Notes under the pieces: generated by a model
The model's database searches: none
Told to the model about the DNA's origin: nothing
Seen by the model: the letters and a program-made list of their open reading frames with translations, nothing else
Shown: positions 26,322 to 34,944 of the stretch, piece by piece
Position numbering within the stretch: the stretch's first letter is position 1
Layout of the letters: each line of letters begins with the position of its first letter
Assembly (NCBI GenBank): GCA_900019385.1
Contig: FIZJ01000011.1
Coordinates: 4,006 to 68,005 of the forward strand
From: an uncultured Clostridia bacterium
GTDB taxonomy: Bacteria > Bacillota > Limnochordia > Darwinibacteriales > DTU012
Direction of reading: 5' to 3'
Length of the DNA stretch: 64,000 nucleotides
Made by a program: the position numbers and the translations under genes

Positions 26322-27766
26322 TGAACATGGAAGAAATGGACTTGCTTGAACTGTGGCAGATCTTGATGAAGCGCAAGCTTCATATCCTCCTGTGCCTGGT
26401 TCTGGCAGTCGCGGCAGCCTTGGCCGCAAGCATCTACACTGAGCCGGTGTATCAAGCGACGACAACCATGATGTTCAAGAATGATCAGTCAACGGCTCTG
26501 GCCGCTCTCAATCCATTGAGCTCACTGACGGGATCGTCTGTCAATGTGATGCTGCAAAACTATATTTACATGCTTAAAAGCCGGACGATACTGACCAAGG
26601 TCATGACCGAACTGGGGTGGGAGGAAATAACCAGCGAAGAGCTTCGGCAAATAGAGGGAGCCCTAACCGTGCAGCAGGTCACCGGTACCGAGATTCTGGA
26701 GATAAGTTTCGAGTCGAACGACAGGGAACTCGCCACCAATTTTGTCAACACCCTCAGCCGGGAGTTTGTCGACTGGATAAGGGATGAAAACAGGTCGGAT
26801 TTGCGAACTACCGGCGAGTACCTTCTGGAACAGATAGAGATTGTGGCCGCCCAACTGAAGGATGCGGAAGAACAGCTGACACAGTTTCGGGAAACAGAAC
26901 GGATGATCCAGCCCATACAGGATTCGTCCATGATGGTTAAACACTATATGGAGTGGGACAACCAGCTGGCTTTGACCAAGATCGCCAAAATCGAAGTTGA
27001 ACAGCGCCTGCGGCAGATTCAAGAGAAGCTGGCCGCCCAGGACGAGGTCATCATATCAGCGACTGCGATCCAGATCAACCCGCTGGTTCAGGCATACCAG
27101 CAGCGGTTGGCGGATCTGGAGATATCCTTGTCCGGCGCGCTTCAGCTGTATACAGACCGCCATCCAGAAGTCTTGAGCCTGCAGGCGGAAATTGAGGAGA
27201 CCCGTGCCAAGCTGGCGGGAGAAGTGGAGCGGATTACAGCCACCGAAACCATGTCCATCAATCCGATTCACAGCGAATTGTTCAGGCAGCTGACAGCCGC
27301 CCAGGTGGAGTTGGTGGCCTTGAACGCGAGGGAACAGGCGATCAATCAGCTCCGGGACGAGTTGGGCAAGGAGTATGCCCACATTCCGCAGAAAGAATTG
27401 GAACTGATGCGTTTGATGCGCATGGTTTCCCTCCATGAGGATATCTATGTGATGCTCATGACCCGCTATGAAGAGATCCGCATCAATGAGCAGATGCATT
27501 CCGGTAACCTGCAGATTGTCGATGAGGCCTCGATTCCGGAAAAGCCGATCAAACCCCGGACTAAGCTCAATATCGCTATTGGCGGTGTCCTCGGGCTGTT
27601 TCTCGGTGTCGGTTTGGCGTTTCTTTTGGAGTTTCTGGACAACACGATCAATACCAAGGAGGATGTGGAAAAGGTCCTGGCACTGCCAGTCATCGGACAG
27701 ATTCCAGAGATCAACAATCATCGTTCCTTTGGGAATGGACGGTTCAAACACAATGTAAGGATGTGA
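26321..27766 (+). CDS. Wzz/GumC-type polysaccharide co-polymerase (PCP) with long coiled-coil periplasmic domain
   Basis: N-terminus has LLELWQILMKRK plus a TM and the Y.A...M motif of the Wzz domain. A helical periplasmic region of ~350 aa follows. The second TM is IAIGGVLGLFLGVGLAFLLEFLD. GTG 26321 overlaps the wza stop (ATG 26327 is an alternative). Confidence 0.8.
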   Translation: MNMEEMDLLELWQILMKRKLHILLCLVLAVAAALAASIYTEPVYQATTTMMFKNDQSTALAALNPLSSLTGSSVNVMLQNYIYMLKSRTILTKVMTELGWEEITSEELRQIEGALTVQQVTGTEILEISFESNDRELATNFVNTLSREFVDWIRDENRSDLRTTGEYLLEQIEIVAAQLKDAEEQLTQFRETERMIQPIQDSSMMVKHYMEWDNQLALTKIAKIEVEQRLRQIQEKLAAQDEVIISATAIQINPLVQAYQQRLADLEISLSGALQLYTDRHPEVLSLQAEIEETRAKLAGEVERITATETMSINPIHSELFRQLTAAQVELVALNAREQAINQLRDELGKEYAHIPQKELELMRLMRMVSLHEDIYVMLMTRYEEIRINEQMHSGNLQIVDEASIPEKPIKPRTKLNIAIGGVLGLFLGVGLAFLLEFLDNTINTKEDVEKVLALPVIGQIPEINNHRSFGNGRFKHNVRM

Positions 27767-27772
27767 TCATTG

Positions 27773-28471
27773 ATGGCGAGAGACTACACAGGACAGCTAA
27801 TAGTACACAATGATCCCAAGGCCGTCGACTCAGAAGCTTTCCGCATTTTGCGGACCAATCTGCAGTTCGCGTCGTTGAATGAAGACCTGAAGGTCATTTC
27901 CTTCACCAGCACCGGACCTGGCGAAGGAAAATCGGTGGTATGCGCGAATCTCGCTGTTTCTTACGCCCAGGCAGGCGCCAGAGTCATCCTGATTGACTGT
28001 GACTTGCGCAAACCTGCCATGCACAGCTTTTTCGGATTGAGGAACAACGTGGGCCTGACCAGTGTCCTGACAGGGCAAAAGGATATCGAATCAGCACTGC
28101 AGGATACACAGTGTGAGAACTTGCGCCTGCTGGCTTCTGGGCCGATTCCGCCCAATCCCGCCGAGATGCTGCATTCCAGCGTCATGCAGAAGACACTCGC
28201 TGAAATCAAAGGCCATGCAGATAAGATCCTGATCGATGCGCCACCGGTGCTGCCGGTGGCCGATGCCATGATTTTGGCTAACTATGTGGATGGTGTCATC
28301 CTCGTTGTTGGGGTCAAACAAGCGCCCAAGGAGATGGTGCTTCGGGCCAAAGAACAGCTGACAAGCACAAACGCCCGAATTCTTGGGGTGGTTTTGAACA
28401 AAGTCAAATTCGACCGGGGAAGCGTGCACTACTATTACAGCTATTACAGTGCCAATGACAACCATGGATAA
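27773..28471 (+). CDS. BY-kinase (CpsD/CapB-type protein-tyrosine kinase), separate polypeptide
   Basis: EAFR.LRTN..F, Walker A TSTGPGEGKS, A' ILIDCDLRKP and Walker B ILIDAPPVLPVADA. The C-terminal Tyr cluster is HYYYSYYS. Confidence 0.85.
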   Translation: MARDYTGQLIVHNDPKAVDSEAFRILRTNLQFASLNEDLKVISFTSTGPGEGKSVVCANLAVSYAQAGARVILIDCDLRKPAMHSFFGLRNNVGLTSVLTGQKDIESALQDTQCENLRLLASGPIPPNPAEMLHSSVMQKTLAEIKGHADKILIDAPPVLPVADAMILANYVDGVILVVGVKQAPKEMVLRAKEQLTSTNARILGVVLNKVKFDRGSVHYYYSYYSANDNHG

Positions 28472-29264
28472 GCTGAACGGCAAACTGATCGATCTACATG
28501 CGCACATTTTGCCCGGCCTCGATGACGGTGCCAGTGATAGAGTCGAAGCGTTGGCCATGGCTCGGCAGGCTGTGGAGCATCAGATTCAGGTTGTGGCAGC
28601 CACCCCCCATTTCATTGATCTGACTTGGGATCATGTTAAGAATGAAGCGGCAAAGCTTGGAGAACTGCTGGCGGCTCATCATGTTGATCTGACAGTCGTG
28701 CCCGGCGCCGAGTTGTTTATCGACCTCGACTTGACCGGCTTGGCAAAGGAAGAAATACCTACTTACAACGATGCCGGCAAATACTGCTTGATCGAGTTTC
28801 CCATGATGGAGCTTCCCCCCTATGTTGATCAAGTGCTCTTTGCCCTTCAAGTCAAAGGTATTACTCCGATTATTGCCCATCCTGAACGTTATCGCTATGT
28901 TATCGATGATCCCAATCTGGCAGCCAGTTGGATTGAGACAGGATGTTTGATTCAGCTCAATACCAACAGCATATTGGGAGGCTTTGGGCTTCAGGTGCAG
29001 CGGACAGCTGAGATTATGCTGCGGCGTCAGATGGTGCACGTAATTGCCAGCGATGCCCATTCCACCGGCCGCCGCGGTTTTCATCTGGATCGCGCCGCCG
29101 AGGCTGTGGGCCGGCTGATGGGAGTGGAAATGGTGGAACAGCTGTTATGCGCGAATCCAGCCCGGATCATCGCCGGAGAGGCTGTCGATGTTCCCGAAGT
29201 GGTTCAGCACCGCCCGCAGCGGCGTTTTTGGGACTTGATAAGGCGAAGGAGGAGTTTGGAGTGA
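28464..29264 (+). CDS. PHP-family protein-tyrosine phosphatase (CpsB/CapC/YwqE type)
   Basis: IDLHAHILPGLDDGA ... ATPH ... IAHPERY ... ASDAH are the CpsB metal-binding blocks. ATG 28464 overlaps the kinase stop (ATGGATAA). Confidence 0.85.
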   Translation: MDKLNGKLIDLHAHILPGLDDGASDRVEALAMARQAVEHQIQVVAATPHFIDLTWDHVKNEAAKLGELLAAHHVDLTVVPGAELFIDLDLTGLAKEEIPTYNDAGKYCLIEFPMMELPPYVDQVLFALQVKGITPIIAHPERYRYVIDDPNLAASWIETGCLIQLNTNSILGGFGLQVQRTAEIMLRRQMVHVIASDAHSTGRRGFHLDRAAEAVGRLMGVEMVEQLLCANPARIIAGEAVDVPEVVQHRPQRRFWDLIRRRRSLE

Positions 29265-30154
29265 CTTTGGTGCAAGTGCCTGTCGATCAGATCGAGGTTG
29301 CTTCTAGCTATCTGCGGTCCTCTTGGGATCAGCAGAAACTCGCCGATTTGGCCAATTCCATCGCCGAAGTGGGCCTGCTTCATCCAATCCTCGTTGTGGA
29401 GCAGGAGACGGGTTTCCGCCTGATCGCCGGGTACCGCCGCCTGACGGCCTGCAAAACCCTAGGCCTTGACACCATTGCCGCTTTTGTCTTAAGCAAAGAT
29501 GCGTCGACGAGGCAGATCCAAATAGTTGAAAACGTTCATCGGGAGGATTTGAACCCGATTGATCGGGCCGCCGCCGTGCAGCTGTTTATCCAAGAAAACC
29601 AGTTTTCGGTATCGGAAGCGGCCAAGCGCCTGGGAATACCCCGGACAACGATCAACGACTGGCTGGCGGTTCTGGATTTGCCGGACCGCTACCAGAACGC
29701 CGTCCTCAACAACTACTACGGCGGGAGTTCGCCGCTGACGCTGTCCCATGTCGGTTTGGCCAGGCGCTTCGCCAACAAGATGGGCAGCAAAAAGATGTTT
29801 GAGGTGGCTTTGGATGCTGTTTTGTACTACAGCCTCAGCCGGAACGAGACACGGAAGGTTCTGAAACTGGTGGCGGACGCCAAAAACCTCAGCATCGACC
29901 AGGCTGTGCGCAAAGTGCGCCTGATCCCTCAAGAACGGGACCGCGAAGCCAAGGCTCCGGCTTGGACGGTGGAGCAGTTGATGTCATCCTTGAGCAAATC
30001 CGGAGATTATTTGGTCAAGGCCGATTTTCAGCACCTGCACGCTTTGAGCGAAAAACAGAAACAGGAAGTGATCAGAAAAGCCAAAGCGCTGCAGCAGCTT
30101 CTTAACGACATGATTGAGAAAATAAGCCAGCCGCCGGTCTCCAAATCCGGCTAG
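29261..30154 (+). CDS. ParB/Srx-fold N-terminal domain protein with HTH
   Basis: GTG 29261 overlaps the phosphatase stop (GTGA) and has SD AAGGAGGAG upstream. The ParB boxes are LA.SI...GLLHPILV......LIAGYRRL.A.K.LG and ENVHREDLNPIDRA. The HTH is SVSEAAKRLGIPRTTINDWL. Confidence 0.7.
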   Translation: MTLVQVPVDQIEVASSYLRSSWDQQKLADLANSIAEVGLLHPILVVEQETGFRLIAGYRRLTACKTLGLDTIAAFVLSKDASTRQIQIVENVHREDLNPIDRAAAVQLFIQENQFSVSEAAKRLGIPRTTINDWLAVLDLPDRYQNAVLNNYYGGSSPLTLSHVGLARRFANKMGSKKMFEVALDAVLYYSLSRNETRKVLKLVADAKNLSIDQAVRKVRLIPQERDREAKAPAWTVEQLMSSLSKSGDYLVKADFQHLHALSEKQKQEVIRKAKALQQLLNDMIEKISQPPVSKSG

Positions 30155-30236
30155 AGGCATATCAATATTATAATGCATAGGAAACTCCCCGCTGCAGATA
30201 CTTATGTTATACGCCTAACGGAGGTGTGGTAATAAG

Positions 30237-30395
30237 ATGACGATCTGCAGCCATGCCAGAGCCAAGGTGGATCCTGACGGCGCTGTAGAATACTACTGCG
30301 ACAAGCTGACTTGGCGAATGGGCCTTGATGGGTTGGAACACTGCAAGCAGTGTGCTTATTACACCACGGAGAAAAAACAAGCCGGTCGACATTGA
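30237..30395 (+). CDS. Small 52-aa Cys-containing protein (below the ORF-track length cutoff)
   Basis: Translated by hand: MTICSHARAKVDPDGAVEYYCDKLTWRMGLDGLEHCKQCAYYTTEKKQAGRH. SD GGAGGTG lies 11 nt upstream and TATAAT lies at 30169-30174. Cys residues are at 4, 21, 36 and 39 (C..C pair). The stop lies inside the hairpin GCCGGTC-N6-GACCGGC. Confidence 0.3.
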   Translation: MTICSHARAKVDPDGAVEYYCDKLTWRMGLDGLEHCKQCAYYTTEKKQAGRH

Positions 30396-30422
30396 CCGGC
30401 TGCCCGGGAATGGAGAACGGAC

Positions 30423-30857
30423 TTGATTGTCAAACGCTGGATAATAGTATTGCTTTACGCTGTTTTTATTTTTGTCTTTACTCAAAGCACAGCTTCCGGC
30501 GCAAGCGCCATGATCAGCTGGCTGAAAGCGTGGTTTCCCATGCTCCCAAATGAGCAGGCCGTGGAGGCTGTCGTGTACTTGCGCAAGCTGATCCACATCG
30601 GCGGGTATTTTCTCGCTTTTGTGCTGATTCACTCGGCTGTGCGGGTCACGCCGCGGTTAAACCGCTGTGCGTATACTGTTTCGGCAGCCCTGGCCTTAAC
30701 TTTGGCTGCCTGCGATGAGTGGTATCAGACCAGACTTTCCCACCGCAGCGGCAGTGTCTTGGACATCGCCCTGGATCTGGCGGGAATCGGCCTGGCGGCC
30801 GCCGCAGTGAGAGTTTTCCACATTGCGAGGAAAAGCGAAAAAGCTTCCAGCAGCTAG
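30423..30857 (+). CDS. VanZ-like family membrane protein
   Basis: Four hydrophobic segments. RKLIHIGGYF and CDEWYQ....R.GSV.D...D..G follow the VanZ pattern (K..H...Y......DE..Q.F...R.....D). It is preferred over the overlapping minus ORF 30207-30632. Confidence 0.65.
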   Translation: MIVKRWIIVLLYAVFIFVFTQSTASGASAMISWLKAWFPMLPNEQAVEAVVYLRKLIHIGGYFLAFVLIHSAVRVTPRLNRCAYTVSAALALTLAACDEWYQTRLSHRSGSVLDIALDLAGIGLAAAAVRVFHIARKSEKASSS

Positions 30858-31048
30858 TGCTCTGGAAGCTTTTTTCCCAGTAAAACGCTGCGTTCCGGCA
30901 GCGTCAGCGCCACATTTTCCAATTCCCTGATATATTCCTGCTGTTTCCCCAGTTCTCTCCGGAGCATGGCGTTCTCTTTCCTCAATGCCGCGATCTCGTT
31001 CTCCAGGCGGGCAATCTCGCGCTCAGTCAGCGATGACATCCGGCTCAC
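30854..31048 (-). CDS. Small coiled-coil protein, hypothetical
   Basis: 64 aa, heptad-rich (EIARLENEIAALRKENAMLRREL). It is the last ORF downstream of iscS-thiI on the minus strand. There is no family assignment. Confidence 0.35.
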   Translation of the reverse strand: MSRMSSLTEREIARLENEIAALRKENAMLRRELGKQQEYIRELENVALTLPERSVLLGKKLPEH

Positions 31049-31113
31049 CCCTGAAACGTCGTTTTATGCAACCTTTCGCTGTTATTCCCCAGAATCCTGC
31101 TTTTTGTCCCAAA

Positions 31114-32295
31114 TCATGAGAAGATCTGAACCGCGCTTGAGACTGCGACGCTTTCGGTTTTGGCCAGGGCTTCATCCACCAAGGCGTCCACATCGTACTG
31201 AGCCTCGGCGGCCAGCACCTGCTCGAGGCGGGGTTTGGTGGCCGGGTTTTTCGGAACGAAGACCGTGCAGCAGTCTTCGTAAGGGAGAATAGATGTTTCA
31301 TATGTGCCGATTTTTCTTGCCAGATCGATGATTTCTTGTTTGTCATGGCCGATCAGCGGCCTGAGGACCGGTATGGAAGTCACTGCGTTGATCACGTGCA
31401 GGCTCTCCATGGTTTGGCTGGCCACCTGGCCGAGGCTGTCGCCGGTAATCAAGGCAAGGGCCCCTTCCCTCTGGGCAAGCTTGGTGGCGATCCGGAGCAT
31501 CATACGGCGCATGAGAGTGATGTTAAGATCCGGGTACTTGCTTTTCTGCAGCGCCTTTTGGATTTCCGTAAAATAGGCGATCCACAGCCGCATCCGGCCT
31601 TGGCCGGTATAATCGGCGAGAATATGGGCAAGGTCGATCACTTTCTGCCTCGATCGTTCACTGGTAAACGGATAGGAATGGAAGTGCAGCCCTTCCACAG
31701 TGACACCCCGCTTGAGGGACAGATAGCCTGCGACTGGGCTGTCGATGCCGCCGGAGAGCAACAGCAGGCCTTTGCCTGCGCAGCCGGCCGGCAATCCTCC
31801 TGGGCCTGGAATCGTGGTGTGGTAGAGATAGGCGCCCTCGTTGCGGATCTCAATGTTCAGTTCCGTTTCTGGATGATGGACATCGACAGAAAGGCCTGGA
31901 ATGTTCCGCAGCAAATGGCCGCCAATTTCCTGGTTCATGGCCATGCTGCCGATGGGGAAATGTTTGTTCGGCCTGCGGGCCTGCACTTTGAAGGTTGTGT
32001 TGGCTCGCTGCTGCATCAGCCTCAAGGCGGCCTCCTTGATGGCCTCCAGATCCAGCTCGACCTTCACCGCCGGTGACAGGGATACGATGCCGAAGACGCG
32101 CTTGAGGGCCCTGACAATCGTTTCCCAGTTTTCGCCGCATTCAATGTAGATACGCCCGTAAGCCTTGCTGATCTTTTGGTAATCAAGGCCTTTCAGGGCG
32201 TGGGACATATTTTTGATTAGAATGTCTTCAAACTGAGAACGGTTCTTGCCCTTGAGGCTGATTTCACCGTACTTGACCAAGATGGTTCGATACAT
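31114..32295 (-). CDS. thiI: tRNA 4-thiouridine synthase ThiI
   Basis: MYRTILVKYGEISLKGKNR.FE (THUMP N-terminus) and the PP-loop LLLSGGIDSPVA. The length is typical at 393 aa. Confidence 0.9.
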   Translation of the reverse strand: MYRTILVKYGEISLKGKNRSQFEDILIKNMSHALKGLDYQKISKAYGRIYIECGENWETIVRALKRVFGIVSLSPAVKVELDLEAIKEAALRLMQQRANTTFKVQARRPNKHFPIGSMAMNQEIGGHLLRNIPGLSVDVHHPETELNIEIRNEGAYLYHTTIPGPGGLPAGCAGKGLLLLSGGIDSPVAGYLSLKRGVTVEGLHFHSYPFTSERSRQKVIDLAHILADYTGQGRMRLWIAYFTEIQKALQKSKYPDLNITLMRRMMLRIATKLAQREGALALITGDSLGQVASQTMESLHVINAVTSIPVLRPLIGHDKQEIIDLARKIGTYETSILPYEDCCTVFVPKNPATKPRLEQVLAAEAQYDVDALVDEALAKTESVAVSSAVQIFS

Positions 32296-32304
32296 GGTTT
32301 CCTC

Positions 32305-33462
32305 CTATCCGTAAATCTGGCGTATTTCGGCAACACTTGCCGCGATCGCTTGGCAGGCGTAATCTATCTGTTCCATGGTCAGCTTAGGTGAGAGGCCGAT
32401 CCGGATGGTGGCGCCGGCCTGTTCGGGGCTGAGCCCGACTGCCTGCAGCACATGGGACGCCTTTTGTTTCCTTGAGCTGCATGCGGCACCCACCGACAGA
32501 TAGATTCCTTTTTGTTCCAAAAAGTGCACCAAGACTTCCGCCTTGATTCCTTCGAATCTGATGCTGACAATATGAGATGCTCCGTCGGGAGGGCTGTTTA
32601 CAAAGGTTTCGGGGATCATCAGCAGCCTCTCCACAAGGCGCGTTTTCAACGCCGCCAGGGCGGCGGCATGCTCTTCGAATCCGGAGACCGCCAACTGCGC
32701 AGCCTTAGCCAAGCCCACAACCGCCGGCACATTCTCTGTCCCGGAGCGCAGCCCCCCTTCCTGGCCGCCGCCGAACAGCAGAGGCTGCAGCTGAATGCCT
32801 GTTTTGACGAACAACAAACCAATGCCTTTAGGCCCGTGGATCTTGTGGCCGCTAATACTGAGCATGTCTATTTTCAACTGCGAAATGTCGAAGGGTACCG
32901 AACCAAATGCCTGGCAGGCGTCGACATGAAACACGATTTTCTGCCGGCGGCCTTGGTTGGCGGCTGCAATGACACGGCTGATCTCAGCCATATCTTGGAT
33001 CGAGCCGATTTCGTTATTCACCAGCATGATGCTGATCAAGACGGTGTCAGGGCTGATGGCTCGGGACAGATCGCCTGGGTCGATCTTGCCGCTGCTGTCT
33101 ACAGGAAGCAGTGTGGCCCGCCATCCGCAGCTTGCCGTCAGGTAGCTGATTGGGTTCAGCACCGACGGATGCTCGATCGCTGTGGTGATAATATGCCCCG
33201 GTTTATATTGGGCACGGGCGTATCCCAGGATGGCCAGGTTATTCGATTCAGTGCCGCCGCTGGTAAAGCAAATTTCGTTAGGATAGACGCGCAGCGCTTG
33301 GGCGAGATACCTGCGGCACTGGGTTAAAGCCGACGATGCTTCCGCTCCCAAAAGATGAGGTGAGGATGGATTGCCGAAATGCTGGTGCCAGTACGGTTCC
33401 ATGGCCGCCAAAACTTCCGGATCCACCGGTGTGGTGGCGCTGTGATCAAGATAGACTTCCAA
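32305..33462 (-). CDS. iscS: Cysteine desulfurase (NifS/IscS class V aminotransferase)
   Basis: YLDHSATTP, FTSGGTESNN, SISGHKIHGPKGIG (PLP Lys) and the active-site loop GAACSS. TTG start with SD GAGAGGGGA. It sits upstream of thiI, as nifZ-thiI does in Bacillus. Confidence 0.9.
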   Translation of the reverse strand: MEVYLDHSATTPVDPEVLAAMEPYWHQHFGNPSSPHLLGAEASSALTQCRRYLAQALRVYPNEICFTSGGTESNNLAILGYARAQYKPGHIITTAIEHPSVLNPISYLTASCGWRATLLPVDSSGKIDPGDLSRAISPDTVLISIMLVNNEIGSIQDMAEISRVIAAANQGRRQKIVFHVDACQAFGSVPFDISQLKIDMLSISGHKIHGPKGIGLLFVKTGIQLQPLLFGGGQEGGLRSGTENVPAVVGLAKAAQLAVSGFEEHAAALAALKTRLVERLLMIPETFVNSPPDGASHIVSIRFEGIKAEVLVHFLEQKGIYLSVGAACSSRKQKASHVLQAVGLSPEQAGATIRIGLSPKLTMEQIDYACQAIAASVAEIRQIYG

Positions 33463-33600
33463 GAAAATCCCCTCTCTGCTTAGTTTATTCTAGCATATGT
33501 CGGCTGCGGCGTCACGGACACTTTCGGCAAATCAAGACGAGATTCCTCTTGAGGGCTGGCCTCAAACCTATGATGCGGCAGCCGGGGAATTTTATGCCGC

Positions 33601-33631
33601 AAAAAAAGGGAGCCGGCAAACCCAGCTCCCC
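33601..33631 (-). terminator. Rho-independent terminator after pmbA (minus strand)
   Basis: On the minus strand, a GGGAGC-loop-GCTCCC hairpin followed by TTTTTTT. Confidence 0.6.
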
Positions 33632-33649
33632 GTATCAAGGCAGATCCGG

Positions 33650-34942
33650 TTATTTTCCGGAAATGGTCACTCCGGAAAAGGCGATCCATGGATAGATGCC
33701 GGCACCGAAGTCGACTCGTTCTTTGGAGATATCAACGATGTTTTTGAGCATGCTGATTAGATTTCCAGAAACCATGGTTTCACTGATGGGATACTGGATT
33801 TTACCGTTTTCGATGTAGTAGCTGTTCTTGGCCACACCGGAGAAATCGCCGTTCTGGCTTGGATAGCCGCCTGAATAGCGGGCGACTATGATTCCTCTGT
33901 CGACTTGGCTGATGATCTCATCAAGCGATTTTTCTCCGGGCTCAATCACATAGCATCCGCCATTGTTCACCGCCCGCTGCAGCCCTGTCTTGTTGGCTCC
34001 GTACAAGGTGAGCAAGAAAGTCTTGAGGACGCCATGGTCGATGATGGTGCAGTTTTCCGCCTTGTATCCGTCACCGGTGACAAAATACCCGTCGGCGACC
34101 TCAGGCGAGACCGGGCGGGAATGGATCACCAAACGGGGATCGGCCACCTGCTGCCCCAACTTGTCTTTGAAGACACTGGTGCCGGAGATCAGCGCTCCAT
34201 CGTAGATGGTGATGCCAAACACATAGCTTAGGAAATCGCTCAAGCAGTCGGGGGTGATGATCACATCGCCGACGAATTTGCCCGAAAGAGTCTGGGTGGT
34301 AATCTGCTCGCAGGACTGGGCCAGGAGGGTGTCCAAGCTGCCGTAGTCCAAAAGCTCCCGATCCAGCTCCTGCGCCGCGAAGCCGGTGTAATTGAACGAT
34401 GAACTCAGATCGCCGTCGTGGGCAGAGAACATGCTGGTGAACCGGTAGATCCCTTTTTCGGTTGTGAAATCCGTCCCGTTGGTGTTGGCGATGAAGCGAA
34501 TCTGATGGGTGAAATCAAGGTAGGCGTTTTCCACGATAATCTTGGGATACCGGCTTTTCACCTGTTCCAAAAACCCTTCCAACCGGGTGTACATCAGATC
34601 CTCGTCCGGCTTGCGAGGCCCGGCGCAAAATACTTCCGATGGTTGGTATTCCGCTATGGCATGTGCAGGATCCGGTTCGCTGGATTCGGCTATCTCAACG
34701 ACAGTGGCGATCGCTTGATCGATTGTCTCCCGGTCAAGCTTGTTCACACTATAACTGCCGCTTTTGTTGTCTTTGATGGCATACAGGCTGAGCCCGTTGT
34801 TGAAAACGGTGCGGATCAAAGTGATCTTTCCCGTTTCGACGTTCATCTCGTACTTCGTGCTCTGATTCAGCGAGCAGCTGGCATCCATGCCTTTGGCTTT
34901 CAGCTGTTCCAGGGTATAGCTGATAATCTCCCGTTCCATCAT
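33650..34942 (-). CDS. pmbA: PmbA/TldE-type metalloprotease subunit
   Basis: 430 aa and a TldD/PmbA-family C-terminal pattern (GGY......GDFSG.AKNSYYIENGKI.YP). It is paired with tldD immediately upstream. Confidence 0.8.
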   Translation of the reverse strand: MMEREIISYTLEQLKAKGMDASCSLNQSTKYEMNVETGKITLIRTVFNNGLSLYAIKDNKSGSYSVNKLDRETIDQAIATVVEIAESSEPDPAHAIAEYQPSEVFCAGPRKPDEDLMYTRLEGFLEQVKSRYPKIIVENAYLDFTHQIRFIANTNGTDFTTEKGIYRFTSMFSAHDGDLSSSFNYTGFAAQELDRELLDYGSLDTLLAQSCEQITTQTLSGKFVGDVIITPDCLSDFLSYVFGITIYDGALISGTSVFKDKLGQQVADPRLVIHSRPVSPEVADGYFVTGDGYKAENCTIIDHGVLKTFLLTLYGANKTGLQRAVNNGGCYVIEPGEKSLDEIISQVDRGIIVARYSGGYPSQNGDFSGVAKNSYYIENGKIQYPISETMVSGNLISMLKNIVDISKERVDFGAGIYPWIAFSGVTISGK

Positions 34943-34944
34943 TT

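Noticed and set aside
30207-30632. 141-aa minus-strand ORF overlapping the small Cys ORF and vanZ.
   Set aside because: The plus-strand VanZ-like product has recognisable family motifs and TM segments. The minus ORF has none and lacks an SD.
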